Assembly: GCA_034440395.1 (NCBI GenBank)
Contig: JAWXBW010000048.1
Location: 6,542 to 70,541, forward strand
Direction of reading: 5' to 3'
DNA length: 64,000 bases
Source: Blastochloris sp.
Lineage (GTDB): Bacteria; Verrucomicrobiota; Verrucomicrobiia; Methylacidiphilales; JAAUTS01
Shown here: in pieces, positions 46,473-56,750 of the stretch
Layout of the letters: each line of letters begins with the position of its first letter
How positions within the stretch are numbered: the stretch's first letter is position 1
Made by a program: the position numbers and the translations under genes
Notes under the pieces: model-generated
What the model saw: only the letters and a program-made list of their open reading frames with translations
What the model was told of the DNA's origin: nothing
Database searches by the model: none

Positions 46473-47468
46473 GTGAGTATGATTCATTCCTTTGTTTTTA
46501 GTGAGGGTAAATTAGCTGCCCAAAATCTAGATTTGGACGCGCTAAAACTGGTGCGTTTCGATAAGGGTTTAATTATTTGGGTAGATTTAGATCATCCCAC
46601 GGATGAGGAAACGAAGCAGGTATTGGGTGAACTGTTCCAATTTCACCCCTTGGCAATTGAGGACTGTGTGGCGGTGAGTAGTTTGCCTAAACTGGAAGAT
46701 TATGATGACTATTCTTTCATGGTAATGCATGCGGTCGATTTTAGTAAGATGGATAAGTTTACCACTACGGAGCTGGACTTATTTCTGGGAAAGGATTTTT
46801 TAGTAACCTATCACACAGAAGATTTAAGGTCGGTGCGTGCGGCTATTGAGCGTTGCCACAATAGGCAGGGAGCACAAATCGCTCGTGGCCCAGATCGTTT
46901 GGCGCACACTTTACTTGATTTAATGGTGGATAATTATCAGCCGATGATTTCTGAGTTAGGACGGGAGTTAGATGAGATCGAAGATATTCTTTTGGGGGAT
47001 GAGGATGAGAAGGAGATGTCAACGAAGCAGGTGATGCATCAATTATTAGAGTATCGGAAGGATTTAAGTCGATTACGACAGATTGTCAGACCACAGCGCG
47101 AGATGGTGCATCGATTAGCCCGTGGGGAAAATAAACTTATCCGTCCTGTTATGCTTCCATATTTCCGAGATTTACATGACAACTTCAACCAGATTGAGCA
47201 GACGGCATCGAGCTACAACGAGCATTTGTTAGTCTCTTTTGATGTCTATTTGAATAGGACGGGACAACAAACAAATGAAGGGATTAAAATTTTAACGGCC
47301 TTGACGGCTATTACGTTACCACCGGTTTTAGTTGGCAGTTGGTATGGGATGAATTTTGCTTTCATGCCTGAACTAGGTGGAAAATACTCATACTGGATTG
47401 CCTTGGGTGTCACGATTCTGGGTATGGTGGGTATGTGGCTTTGGTTAAAAAACCGTAAATGGTTTTAA
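46473..47468 (+). CDS. corA: Magnesium/cobalt transporter CorA
   Basis: YGMNF signature (WYGMNFAFMPEL) before the last TM, two C-terminal TM helices and an acidic N-terminal domain. GTG at 46473 or ATG at 46479. Confidence 0.9.
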   Translation: MSMIHSFVFSEGKLAAQNLDLDALKLVRFDKGLIIWVDLDHPTDEETKQVLGELFQFHPLAIEDCVAVSSLPKLEDYDDYSFMVMHAVDFSKMDKFTTTELDLFLGKDFLVTYHTEDLRSVRAAIERCHNRQGAQIARGPDRLAHTLLDLMVDNYQPMISELGRELDEIEDILLGDEDEKEMSTKQVMHQLLEYRKDLSRLRQIVRPQREMVHRLARGENKLIRPVMLPYFRDLHDNFNQIEQTASSYNEHLLVSFDVYLNRTGQQTNEGIKILTALTAITLPPVLVGSWYGMNFAFMPELGGKYSYWIALGVTILGMVGMWLWLKNRKWF

Positions 47469-47601
47469 TCAGCTCAGAGTATGAGCCTAACTTTCGATAT
47501 AGACTTATTCAAAAAGCATTGAACTAGCTGCGTTTAGTCCCTTTAATTTGAACTTAACTTTTTTGATTCAATGAAGGGTCAAAACAGTAACATCACATAG
47601 C

Positions 47602-50600
47602 ATGTCCAGACTTAAAACCGCCGTTCGACTAAAACTGTTAGAAACCATGTTTCAGAGTCGTGAAGGGGATCGCCGCGAAGGCATCCTTTTCCGCCAAGGT
47701 CAGGGATGGTTCCAAATCTCCAGCATGGGACATGAGGCCCTTATCGCCTTAAGCTTGCATCTGCGCGCATCGGATTATTTATTTCCTCATTACCGTGATC
47801 GTTGTCTCGTCTTGGGGCGTGGGGTGACAACCCGTGAGCTAGCCAGTATTTTTTATGCTAAAAGGGATTCTACCAGTGGAGGACGTCAATTACCCGGACA
47901 CTACAGCAGTAGAAAACATAATATCTGCAGCCTCGCTTCCCCCACGGCTAGCAATCTGCTTCCAGCTTGTGGAGCGGCATGGGGCATGGTGCTTGATGGT
48001 AATGATGATGTGGCGATGGCCTGCGTAGGTGACGCTGGGATGCGGCAAGGTGAATTTTACGAAGCCTACGCTTTTGCGGTGGAGCGCAATCTCCCCGTCA
48101 TCTTTGTCGTGGAAGATAATCAATACGGCATTAGCTCTTGCACCACAGATTCTAATCCTTTACGTAATCAACTATTTGATCAAAAGCGTGTGCTGCAAGT
48201 CAATGGCCGCTGCATTGATGACCTTCAAGCCGCTTCCAGTAAGGCGATTCAGCAGGCACGCTCAGGCCAAGGCCCTTCAATTCTCTGGTGTGAATTAGAC
48301 CGCTTAGCCAGCCATTCCAGCAGTGACGACCATCGCATCTATCGTAGCCCTGAAGATTTAGAACAGATACTAGCCCGCGACCCGATTACGGTTTTATCTA
48401 AGCAACTGATAGAAGAAGGTATTCTCACCGAAGAAAAATGGCAAAAGACCCAGAACCAAATCATTGAGCAAGTGGAAGCTGATTACCGCAAGGCTTCGGA
48501 ATCCAGTGATCCGAAACAGGCCGAGGTTATGGAACAACTTTTAGGGGAAGCCCATGGAGGCCTAGGCGATACGGTAAATGAGGGCTGCTCGGATTGGCGT
48601 ATGCTAGACGCTGTCAATGAAACCTTTAAACAAGCTCTCGACAACAACCGTCGCTACGTCTTTTTTGGAGAAGATATCTGCGATCCCATGGGTGGCGTTT
48701 TTAAATTAACCAACGGCCTTTCCACCAAATTTCCTGATCGTGTTTTTAATTCGCCCTTAGCCGAGGCCACCATCGTCGGCGTGGCTTGTGGACTGGCGGC
48801 TTATGGGTACCGGCCTGTATTTGAGTTACAATTTATTGATTTCGTCGGTCCCGCATGGAATCAATTAGTTAATAATCTAGCCACCCTACGATGGAGAACT
48901 TTTGGCGAGTGGACGGCACCTGTGGTCCTCTACGCACCCTACGGTGCTTATTTACCCGCGGGCGGCCCATGGCACAGTCAGGCTAATGAAGCGGCTTTTG
49001 CCCATGTGCCGGGTTTACGTGTCGTGGTTCCATCAACGCCAGAGGACGCTGCAGGCTTGATGCAGACTGCTTTAAAGGCGGAAGATCCAACTATTGTTCT
49101 TTTACCAAAACACCTACTCAGAGTGCGTCGTCCTCGCCCTAGCCGAGTAGAAGCGGTGCCCTTTCAACAAGCCATTCTACGTAGCCTAGGCGAGGACGTC
49201 ACCGTCGTCTGTTGGGGAAACTGTGTTGAAAAAGTAATGGAGGCCGTGCAAGAATTGGGCGGCATCAACTCGGTTGAGCTGGTTGACCTTAGAAGCATTT
49301 CACCGTGGGACAAAGAAACCGTCAAAGAATCTGTCCTTAAAACAGGGCGCCTCCTTGTGGTCCAAGAAGATAATATCACTTGTAGTGCGGGTCAGATGAT
49401 CATTAGTGATTTACTACAGGACAGTGATGTGTGGGCCGCCCTGCGTTGCTCTCCGCGTCTCCTCTCTCGGCCTGACATCCACATTGGGTTTCATCCCGTT
49501 TATGAAGAAAGCGTCTTACCTGATAAGGCACGCATTTTACAAGCCTTACTCGATATTACAGAAGGCGGCCAAACGAAGCCCTCCCGCCAAGGAAGCGCTT
49601 CGCATTCTAACTTGCAAGACCATGGCGCGGACAGCGCTAACGGACAACTCCCTATTCGTGTCCCTCATATCGGGGAGGGTTTAGAAGAAGCACGCATCAT
49701 CAAGTTCTTTAAACAACCTGGCGACAAGGTCAAGCGAGATGAACTTATCTATCAGCTTGAGACAGATAAAGCCGTCGTTGATATTGAATCACCCCAAGAT
49801 GGATTCTTAAGTTCTTGGGAAGCAGCAGAATCTAGTATCGTCCGTATCGGTTCTATTATTGGTCATATTCAAACTACTAATTCCCCAACAAGCACAAAAT
49901 CAGCATCGGCAAAAGTGAACCAGAGCGTTCCAAAGTCAGCCTCTAACCTAGCTCCATCCCTCAGTAGTAGTCACATAGGTTCCCCGACCGCGTCCACCCG
50001 TCAGATTGCCCCCCTGCAATCTACCATGCTGGCTAAAACAGCGGCGGAACTGGCTAAGCAAGTAGAAGGAGCGGACTTTGAAGAAATCACCCTTTCCGCC
50101 CAACAACAAGTTCTAGCCACCCGTCTCGTGCGCGCAGCTCGCGTGGCTGTGCCTGCCACCATCTTCCAAGACGCTTCATGGGAATTAATTAAAAAAGCTC
50201 GGGAGTCCATCAAGGGCGATCCAGAAAAGAAAGAAATCACCTCCTTTGCCATCTTCGCTTGGTGCGTGGCTCAGGCGGTGAAACTGCACCCTGTTTTCCG
50301 CAGTTCTCTTCCACAAAACTCCATCATGCGTGTTTACCGTGACGTGCATTTAGGCGTGGCCGTTTCCTTGCCTAATGATGACATGACCACGGCTGTTTTA
50401 GAAGGTGCTGACACGTTGAATCTTTTAGAATTTAGTCGTAAATTGCGGCGTCAAGTGGAACTGGCTCGTGAAGGGGTGGATCAAGCTAGGCAGCCTGCTT
50501 CCCTGATCCTAACCAGCATGGCCAGCTTTAATATCCCGCATGGTATCCCCGTTATTGTGCCACCTGCCGTGGCTACTCTCCTACTCAGCGCTCCCCAAAA

Positions 50601-50760
50601 GAAAGTAGTCCTTCAAGGAACAACTCCCGTAAACCGTGAGTTTATCAACCTTTCTTTAACTATTGATCACCGCGTTATGAATGGATCCAGCGCAGGAGCT
50701 TTCCTAAATGAAGTGAAGAAAAAGCTCGAAGAGTTCGAGTTGCGGCCTGAGATGTTTTAA
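47602..50760 (+). CDS. Single-polypeptide 2-oxoacid dehydrogenase: E1-alpha + E1-beta + lipoyl domain + E2 acyltransferase core
   Basis: TPP motif GDAG...VVEDNQYGIS (from 48028). E1-beta FGEDI...GGVFK...RVFNSPLAEA (from about 48595). Lipoyl motif ETDKA (Lys codon 49768-49770). S/T/A/P-rich linker. E2 core with DHRVMNG (His codon 50668-50670). One continuous frame. Confidence 0.85.
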   Translation: MSRLKTAVRLKLLETMFQSREGDRREGILFRQGQGWFQISSMGHEALIALSLHLRASDYLFPHYRDRCLVLGRGVTTRELASIFYAKRDSTSGGRQLPGHYSSRKHNICSLASPTASNLLPACGAAWGMVLDGNDDVAMACVGDAGMRQGEFYEAYAFAVERNLPVIFVVEDNQYGISSCTTDSNPLRNQLFDQKRVLQVNGRCIDDLQAASSKAIQQARSGQGPSILWCELDRLASHSSSDDHRIYRSPEDLEQILARDPITVLSKQLIEEGILTEEKWQKTQNQIIEQVEADYRKASESSDPKQAEVMEQLLGEAHGGLGDTVNEGCSDWRMLDAVNETFKQALDNNRRYVFFGEDICDPMGGVFKLTNGLSTKFPDRVFNSPLAEATIVGVACGLAAYGYRPVFELQFIDFVGPAWNQLVNNLATLRWRTFGEWTAPVVLYAPYGAYLPAGGPWHSQANEAAFAHVPGLRVVVPSTPEDAAGLMQTALKAEDPTIVLLPKHLLRVRRPRPSRVEAVPFQQAILRSLGEDVTVVCWGNCVEKVMEAVQELGGINSVELVDLRSISPWDKETVKESVLKTGRLLVVQEDNITCSAGQMIISDLLQDSDVWAALRCSPRLLSRPDIHIGFHPVYEESVLPDKARILQALLDITEGGQTKPSRQGSASHSNLQDHGADSANGQLPIRVPHIGEGLEEARIIKFFKQPGDKVKRDELIYQLETDKAVVDIESPQDGFLSSWEAAESSIVRIGSIIGHIQTTNSPTSTKSASAKVNQSVPKSASNLAPSLSSSHIGSPTASTRQIAPLQSTMLAKTAAELAKQVEGADFEEITLSAQQQVLATRLVRAARVAVPATIFQDASWELIKKARESIKGDPEKKEITSFAIFAWCVAQAVKLHPVFRSSLPQNSIMRVYRDVHLGVAVSLPNDDMTTAVLEGADTLNLLEFSRKLRRQVELAREGVDQARQPASLILTSMASFNIPHGIPVIVPPAVATLLLSAPQKKVVLQGTTPVNREFINLSLTIDHRVMNGSSAGAFLNEVKKKLEEFELRPEMF

Positions 50761-50768
50761 CTGTGGAT

Positions 50769-52448
50769 TTAAGGCTCTAAGAAGATGACCGCTTCCCAAG
50801 GGCGCAAGCTCCTGGGATCAACGTCTGGATGGTTGGAGAAGAGGGGCTTTGTTTCAGGTGCTGGCACGGGCCAAAGTTGTGGCTCAGAACTCCAGTTTAA
50901 AATAATTCTTACAGCAGGAAATTTACCCCAAGCCCCACGCCGATAAGCTAAGACTTGAGTCGGTGCGGCTAGTGAGGTGAAGTCACCATAAATAAGAGAC
51001 TTTATTTCTTTACGCAAGGCGAGAAGGGCGGCGTAGGCATGAAAGAGGGAGTTAGGATCAGCTACAGCTCCGCTCGCGTGCTGGGGGCGGTGTTCTTGCG
51101 CAAGGGGAATCCATGGTGTTCCTTTGCTGAAGCCAGCGCTGGGGGAGTCGTCCCAAGGAAGCGGTGTACGGGCATTATCGCGGCTGTCTTCACGCACGGA
51201 GGCTAAAGCGGCTTGAGGTGTCAAACCCTGAGCTAAAGCGGCATGATAACGGTTGATGGTTTGGATGTCGCGGTAATGGTCGATGGAATCAAAAGAGACG
51301 TCGCTCAGACCAAGTTCGTCCCCTTGCAGAATGAATGGCGTGGCTGGCAGGGTGAGGAGCCATGTAGCGAGAAGGCTGGCAGAGGCATAGGGATAGTTAA
51401 CGGGATCACCGAACTTAGAGAGGCTGCGGCGCGAGTCGTGGTTACCCAAGGTGACGGTGAGCCAACTTTTATGACGCGTGGCTTGGTAGAGTTTATGAAA
51501 GTTCTCGAATTGCTCTCGACCCGTAGGCGCGAAGTGGAAGTAGAAGTAAAAAGCCCCATGCAGTTGCCCTGCGTCATACCCAGTGTAGTCTAGGGTGTTT
51601 TCTGCACCCATACACCACGTTTCCCCCACGGCATAAAGATCGTTCCCTTTGAATACTTTTTCGTAAAGCTCACGTAGGTAGTCGTGGATGGGAGGGTTGT
51701 TGCAAGAAAGGCAATTCAGGGAGAGAAACGTGTCTGTGTTACCCTCAGGACGCACCACGTCGGGATATCCTTCGGCCTTAGCGATCATATTAATCACATC
51801 CAGACGAAAGCCATCGGCACCACGCCCCGCCCAAGTTTGTAGCACGGCGAAGAGGGCTTCACGCACTTCGGAGTTTTTCCAGTTCAAGTCAGGTTGCTTA
51901 CGCGAGAAAAGATGGAGGTAGTATTGTTGTGTGAGAGTGTCCCAAGTCCACGTGGGGCCTTCAAACGCGGCCTTCCAATTGTTAGGTGGGATGGGGAGTC
52001 CATCAGAAGTAAATCCCTTGGCATCAACCCAGATATACCAGTCGCGCTTAGGGTTGGTGCGGGAAGAGCGACTTTCTTGAAACCATGGGTGCTCGTCGGA
52101 TGTATGGTTGAGAACTTGATCTAGAATAAGTTTTAGTCCACGTTCTTTTAAGCCATCGGAGAGCGTTTGAAAATCGGAGAGGGTGCCGTAGGCTGGGTCA
52201 ATGGCGAGGTAGTCTGAAATATCGTAGCCGTTATCGTCCTTCGGTGAGGCGTAGATGGGGGAGATCCAGAGAGCATCAATCCCAAGTTTTTTTAAGTAGT
52301 CGAGCTTACTGGTAATGCCCGGTAAGTCCCCGACGCCATCCCCGTTGGAGTCGGAGAAACTACAGGGATAAATTTGATAAAAAGCCGCCTCCTTCCACCA
52401 AGCGGGAGTTTCAGCAGTGGGTTTATGAGAGAAAAGATCAAGCGACAT
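50769..52448 (-). CDS. GH13 alpha-glucosidase (oligo-1,6-glucosidase / trehalose-6-phosphate hydrolase type)
   Basis: WWKEAAFYQIYP, DGVGDLPG, DQVLNHTSDEH, GADGFRLDVINMI, GETW and GNHDSRR. Confidence 0.9.
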   Translation of the reverse strand: MSLDLFSHKPTAETPAWWKEAAFYQIYPCSFSDSNGDGVGDLPGITSKLDYLKKLGIDALWISPIYASPKDDNGYDISDYLAIDPAYGTLSDFQTLSDGLKERGLKLILDQVLNHTSDEHPWFQESRSSRTNPKRDWYIWVDAKGFTSDGLPIPPNNWKAAFEGPTWTWDTLTQQYYLHLFSRKQPDLNWKNSEVREALFAVLQTWAGRGADGFRLDVINMIAKAEGYPDVVRPEGNTDTFLSLNCLSCNNPPIHDYLRELYEKVFKGNDLYAVGETWCMGAENTLDYTGYDAGQLHGAFYFYFHFAPTGREQFENFHKLYQATRHKSWLTVTLGNHDSRRSLSKFGDPVNYPYASASLLATWLLTLPATPFILQGDELGLSDVSFDSIDHYRDIQTINRYHAALAQGLTPQAALASVREDSRDNARTPLPWDDSPSAGFSKGTPWIPLAQEHRPQHASGAVADPNSLFHAYAALLALRKEIKSLIYGDFTSLAAPTQVLAYRRGAWGKFPAVRIILNWSSEPQLWPVPAPETKPLFSNHPDVDPRSLRPWEAVIFLEP

Positions 52449-52553
52449 AAGACCTACAACTTGGAGGATAGTTTAATGAGAGACAAACAGAAAATGGATG
52501 AACCTTTGTTTACGTCGCATTAGAAAGGATGGACCATAACATCCTCCTAGGCG

Positions 52554-53009
52554 TTAGAGCGGGTGCTTCTTTAAGTGTCGCACCAAGTCTTGCAATTTTT
52601 TCAGCGTAGCATCAGAAATGTGATGCTCAATCCCTTCGATGTCATTGTAATATTTTACAGGATCAAGTCCTAGCTGTGTAAACAACGCGCTTAACAATAA
52701 ATGCCTCACTTCGATAGCCTGAGCAATTTCCCGTCCTTTAGCGGTCAGGGCAAATCCACGATAAGGCTCCCTTTTCAGATAACCTAAATCATCGAGTCGT
52801 TTAATCATCAGAGAAACGCTGGGGCGTATGAGTTTCAAGGAATCGGCTACGGCTGAAACGGAAACAAATCCGTCTCGCTGCACTAAAGTGGAGATACACT
52901 CCAGATAATCCTCGATACTTTCTGTAACTGCTGTGCGTTGGTGCGCACTACGCTTGACCGCTTTTTGGGGCTTAGGTGGCAGAGATTTAAGTTTCAAAAC
53001 AAAATACAT
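52554..53009 (-). CDS. mntR: DtxR/MntR-family metal-dependent transcriptional regulator
   Basis: SIEDYLECI...VSVSAVADSLKLIRPSVSLMIKRLDDLGYL HTH, divergent from a Mn/Fe ABC importer. ATG at 53009 is preferred over the TTG at 53021. Confidence 0.8.
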   Translation of the reverse strand: MYFVLKLKSLPPKPQKAVKRSAHQRTAVTESIEDYLECISTLVQRDGFVSVSAVADSLKLIRPSVSLMIKRLDDLGYLKREPYRGFALTAKGREIAQAIEVRHLLLSALFTQLGLDPVKYYNDIEGIEHHISDATLKKLQDLVRHLKKHPL

Positions 53010-53041
53010 TAAACCGCACAAAAAATAAAGGACAAGTCAAT

Positions 53042-53063
53042 AAAGTTTGCTTAGACAAACATT
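53042..53063. promoter_or_regulatory. Imperfect inverted repeat, candidate MntR/DtxR-type operator
   Basis: AAaGTTTG-cttaga-CAAACaTT lies in the mntR/ABC divergent intergenic region. It has a 5-bp perfect core plus flanking A/T pairs. Confidence 0.3.
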
Positions 53064-53068
53064 TATTG

Positions 53069-53096
53069 TTGACGCAATCGTCGATTGCTCTAAACA
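53069..53096 (+). promoter_or_regulatory. Candidate promoter with embedded perfect palindrome
   Basis: TTGACG (53069-53074), a 16-nt spacer, then TAAACA (53091-53096). The spacer contains the perfect 7-1-7 palindrome GCAATCG-T-CGATTGC (53074-53088). Lies 59 nt upstream of the transporter start. Confidence 0.35.
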
Positions 53097-53154
53097 TTCT
53101 TAATGTGAAGTAAAAAGCTTCTCTGTTCCGAAACCTTTAAAAAGAATCCTACCC

Positions 53155-54069
53155 ATGAAACGCACTTATTTACTAACCACCTTGCAGCTAAGTCTAGTGC
53201 TCTTATTTACTGTCATGCTCGCAACTCTAGGCGCAGCAGAAAACGTAAAGCCTAAGCGCATTCTTACTACCTTCACAATTATTCAAGACATAGCGCAAAA
53301 CGTGGCCGGCACCTCAGCTATTGTCGAATCAATCACTAAGCCTGGGGCTGAAATCCATGAGTACGAGCCCACGCCACTGGACATTGTTAAGGCGCAATCG
53401 GCTGACCTCGTATTATGGAACGGGATGGGATTAGAGCGTTGGTTTGAGAAATTCTTTGGAGATATTAAGAACGTTCCTAGTGCTGTTTTAACTGAAGGCA
53501 TCGAACCCATGGGGATCGCAGAAGGCCCCTACACAGGCAAGCCAAATCCTCACTCTTGGATGTCACCTGCCAACGCCATCATTTATGTGGAAAATATACG
53601 TAAAGCTTTAGTTAAACTTGATCCAGTTAATGAAAAAAATTACAGCGCAAACGCCGCAGCTTATACCGCTAAGCTTAAAGCGATTGATGAGCCCATAAGA
53701 AAAAAGTTGGCGGCGATACCACAGGAGCAACGTTGGTTGGTAACAAGTGAGGGTGCTTTCTCTTATCTCATTCGGAATTACGACATGAAAGAACTTTACC
53801 TTTGGGCCGTCAATGCAGATGAGCAAGGCACCCCTCAACAAGTTCGTAAAGTAGTGGATACCGTGCGAAAGAATAAAATCCCTGTGCTTTTTACGGAGAG
53901 CACCATCAGTGATAAGGCTGCCCGACAAGTGGCTAAAGAGACGGGTGCAAAATTCGGTGGAATCCTGTTTGTTGATTCTCTGACGGATAACGAGGGTGTA
54001 GCTCCGACTTATCTTAAACTTTTAGAATATAATGCAGATACCATCGTTAAGGGCTTTCTTCAGAAATAG
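53155..54069 (+). CDS. Metal (Mn/Fe/Zn) ABC transporter substrate-binding protein, TroA/SitA/MntC family
   Basis: Signal peptide, and metal-ligand contexts (GAEIHEYEPTP, PNPHSWMSP, FTESTIS). Confidence 0.9.
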   Translation: MKRTYLLTTLQLSLVLLFTVMLATLGAAENVKPKRILTTFTIIQDIAQNVAGTSAIVESITKPGAEIHEYEPTPLDIVKAQSADLVLWNGMGLERWFEKFFGDIKNVPSAVLTEGIEPMGIAEGPYTGKPNPHSWMSPANAIIYVENIRKALVKLDPVNEKNYSANAAAYTAKLKAIDEPIRKKLAAIPQEQRWLVTSEGAFSYLIRNYDMKELYLWAVNADEQGTPQQVRKVVDTVRKNKIPVLFTESTISDKAARQVAKETGAKFGGILFVDSLTDNEGVAPTYLKLLEYNADTIVKGFLQK

Positions 54070-54081
54070 TAAAAATTATCT

Positions 54082-54966
54082 ATGAGCCATACTGAATTGA
54101 ATGTATCCGTCAAGGATGTCACCGTAACCTATAATAATGGGAATACAGCACTCCACGATGCTTCTTTTCATTTAAACGCAGGAACTATTTGCGCCTTGGT
54201 CGGAGTCAATGGAAGTGGGAAATCTACTCTCTTTAAAGCTGTCATGGGGTTTGTTAGACCATCTCGGGGTGAGGTAACTATTGCGGGCTTACCTATCCAG
54301 AAGGCTCAGAAAAAAAATTGGGTGGCTTATGTTCCTCAGGCCGAAGAAGTGGATTGGACGTTTCCTGTTAGCGTCGAGGATGTGGTGATGATGGGGCGTT
54401 ACGGTTATATGAATTTCCTCCGCATCCCTAGTAAGTCAGATAAACAGATCGTTCATGAAAGCTTGGAACGAGTTAAGATGTGGGAGTATCGTGACCGTCA
54501 AATCGGTGAGCTTAGTGGGGGGCAAAAAAAACGAGTCTTTTTAGCTCGCGCCCTAGCACAGCAAGGTAGGGTTATTTTGTTGGATGAACCGTTCACTGGA
54601 GTTGATGTTAAAACGGAAGAGGCCATTATTAACCTTCTGCGTGAAATGCGTCAGCAAGGTAACATCATGCTGGTATCTACGCACAATCTAGGATCTGTTC
54701 CAGATTTCTGTGATCAATGTGTGTTGATCAATAAAACCGTCTTAGCGGCTGGCCCGATCGAGACCACGTTTACGGAGGATAATCTCACCCGAGCTTTTGG
54801 AGGCGTACTCCGTCACTTTCATTTTGATAAGTCAACCGTGGACGATAGCGATGGACGATCCGTTACCTTACTTACAGATGATGAACGTCCGCTAGTGCTC
54901 GGACGGGGAGGGCATTTAGAACGCCGGACGGAATCTGAAGAAGAAACAAGCAGTAATCAGAAATGA
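54082..54966 (+). CDS. Metal ABC transporter ATP-binding protein (SitB/MntB-like)
   Basis: Walker [10 protein letters not shown], signature LSGGQKKR and Walker B ILLDEP. Confidence 0.9.
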   Translation: MSHTELNVSVKDVTVTYNNGNTALHDASFHLNAGTICALVGVNGSGKSTLFKAVMGFVRPSRGEVTIAGLPIQKAQKKNWVAYVPQAEEVDWTFPVSVEDVVMMGRYGYMNFLRIPSKSDKQIVHESLERVKMWEYRDRQIGELSGGQKKRVFLARALAQQGRVILLDEPFTGVDVKTEEAIINLLREMRQQGNIMLVSTHNLGSVPDFCDQCVLINKTVLAAGPIETTFTEDNLTRAFGGVLRHFHFDKSTVDDSDGRSVTLLTDDERPLVLGRGGHLERRTESEEETSSNQK

Positions 54967-55829
54967 TACAAGAACTTCTCATTCCTTTTCAATACGAGTA
55001 CATGTTAAAAGCCATGTTCGTCAGCGCGCTTGTCGGTGGTGTCTGTGCTTTTCTTTCGTGTTTTGTGACGCTTAAGGGTTGGTCACTCATGGGGGATGCC
55101 CTTTCTCACTCAGTTGTTCCAGGTGTGGTTATTGCTTACATTATTGGATTACCCTTTGCTCTAGGAGCTTTTGTCTCGGGTATGTTGGCATCCTTGGGAA
55201 TGGGGATTGTTAAATCTAAAACACCCATTCGTGAAGATGCTGTGATGGGTATAGTCTTCACCAGCTTTTTTGCTCTAGGCGTTCTCCTCATCTCACTTTA
55301 TCCAAGTAATGTTAGTCTGAAGGGAATCATCTTTGGTAACATGCTAGGTATTTCTGATTCAGATATTCTACAAGTGCTGATTATCTCTTGTCTCAGCCTG
55401 ACCGTCTTGGCTTTAAAATGGAAAGACTTGCTCCTCTTCTGTTTTGATCCCAATCAAGCGCGCTCCTTAGGCATGAATACGCACGTGCTCCACTTCACTT
55501 TACTCACACTTCTTTCAGTCACTGCCGTTGCCGCTCTGCAGGCGGTTGGAGCTTGTTTAGTGGTAGCCATGCTCGTGACTCCAGGCGCTACGGCCTATCT
55601 TTTAACAGACCGTTTTGGTAAAATGATCGGCCTAGCTAGTGCGTTGGGAACGCTTACTTCGTTCACAGGTGCCTACTTAAGTTACTTTTTTAATGGCTCA
55701 GTTGGGGGCTGCATTGTCGTGCTGCAAACACTGTTTTTTCTACTGGCTTTAGTCTTTGCACCCAAGCATGGAATTCTGGCCTCGAAACGAGCTACGAATA
55801 GGGTGCTGTATGCTGAGGTGAAAGCGTGA
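54963..55829 (+). CDS. Metal ABC transporter permease (SitC/MntC-like)
   Basis: ABC-3 family permease. [19 protein letters not shown] motif and about 8-9 TM helices. Confidence 0.9.
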   Translation: MIQELLIPFQYEYMLKAMFVSALVGGVCAFLSCFVTLKGWSLMGDALSHSVVPGVVIAYIIGLPFALGAFVSGMLASLGMGIVKSKTPIREDAVMGIVFTSFFALGVLLISLYPSNVSLKGIIFGNMLGISDSDILQVLIISCLSLTVLALKWKDLLLFCFDPNQARSLGMNTHVLHFTLLTLLSVTAVAALQAVGACLVVAMLVTPGATAYLLTDRFGKMIGLASALGTLTSFTGAYLSYFFNGSVGGCIVVLQTLFFLLALVFAPKHGILASKRATNRVLYAEVKA

Positions 55830-56707
55830 AAGGGCTCGACCTATTTTTAGCTGATCCAACAGCACCTTTTCAGTATGGCTTCATGGTGCAAGCATTCATC
55901 GTCGCCACTTTGGTCGGGTCCGTCTGCGCAATACTCTCCTGCTACCTCGTGCTAAAAGGTTGGTCGCTCATGGGAGATGCTGTTTCGCACGCCGTTTTAC
56001 CAGGTATTGTTCTGGCCTATATCGTGGGGTTACCATTGGCTCTAGGAGCCTTTGCCTCGGGACTGTTTTGTGCGATATCCACGGGCTACATTAAAGCCAA
56101 TAGCCGGGTTAAAGAGGACACCGTCATGGGTGTAGTCTTCACGGGAATGTTTGCGCTGGGTCTGATCATGGTATCTAAAACAGAATCAGATATACATCTC
56201 ATGCACATTTTATTTGGAAGTCTTCTAGGCATTCCCCGTGCCCAAGTGGTGCAGACTTTGTGGATAGGAGGCCTTGTGCTGGCTACCCTCGCAATTATGC
56301 GCAAGGATTTAATGCTCTTTTGTTTTGACCCTCGTCATGCTCGCAGTATAGGGCTGAACACAACGATGCTTAATTATACCCTATTGTCTTTGTTAGCCCT
56401 AACCATTGTCATTTCCATGCAAGCTGTTGGCGTCATTCTTGTGATTGCTATGCTCATTACACCGGGTTGCGTAGCCTATCTTCTTACCACTAGATTTGAA
56501 AAAATGATGATTATCGCTCTCGTTAGTTCGGTGCTTTCATGCTTATTGGGGACATACGTTAGTTTTTTTATCGATGGTGCAACAGGTGCCTGTATTGTGC
56601 TGGTGCAAGGCATGCAGTTTCTTCTGGCCATGCTGATTTCCCCGAGGCACGGCTTACTTAAAAAGTATTTCTTTACAATAAATTTTGATAAGAAGCCGTT
56701 ATTTTAA
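55826..56707 (+). CDS. Metal ABC transporter permease (SitD/MntD-like)
   Basis: Paralog of the preceding permease ([19 protein letters not shown]). Confidence 0.9.
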   Translation: MKGLDLFLADPTAPFQYGFMVQAFIVATLVGSVCAILSCYLVLKGWSLMGDAVSHAVLPGIVLAYIVGLPLALGAFASGLFCAISTGYIKANSRVKEDTVMGVVFTGMFALGLIMVSKTESDIHLMHILFGSLLGIPRAQVVQTLWIGGLVLATLAIMRKDLMLFCFDPRHARSIGLNTTMLNYTLLSLLALTIVISMQAVGVILVIAMLITPGCVAYLLTTRFEKMMIIALVSSVLSCLLGTYVSFFIDGATGACIVLVQGMQFLLAMLISPRHGLLKKYFFTINFDKKPLF

Positions 56708-56750
56708 AATAGAGAAATCCCTTGCAGACTAGGATTCATTCTCATGATTA

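Noticed and set aside
52515-52540. Hairpin AGGATG-N8-CATCCT downstream of mntR as a terminator.
   Set aside because: Only a 6-bp stem, and no U-run in the transcribed (minus) sense, so the evidence is too weak to annotate.
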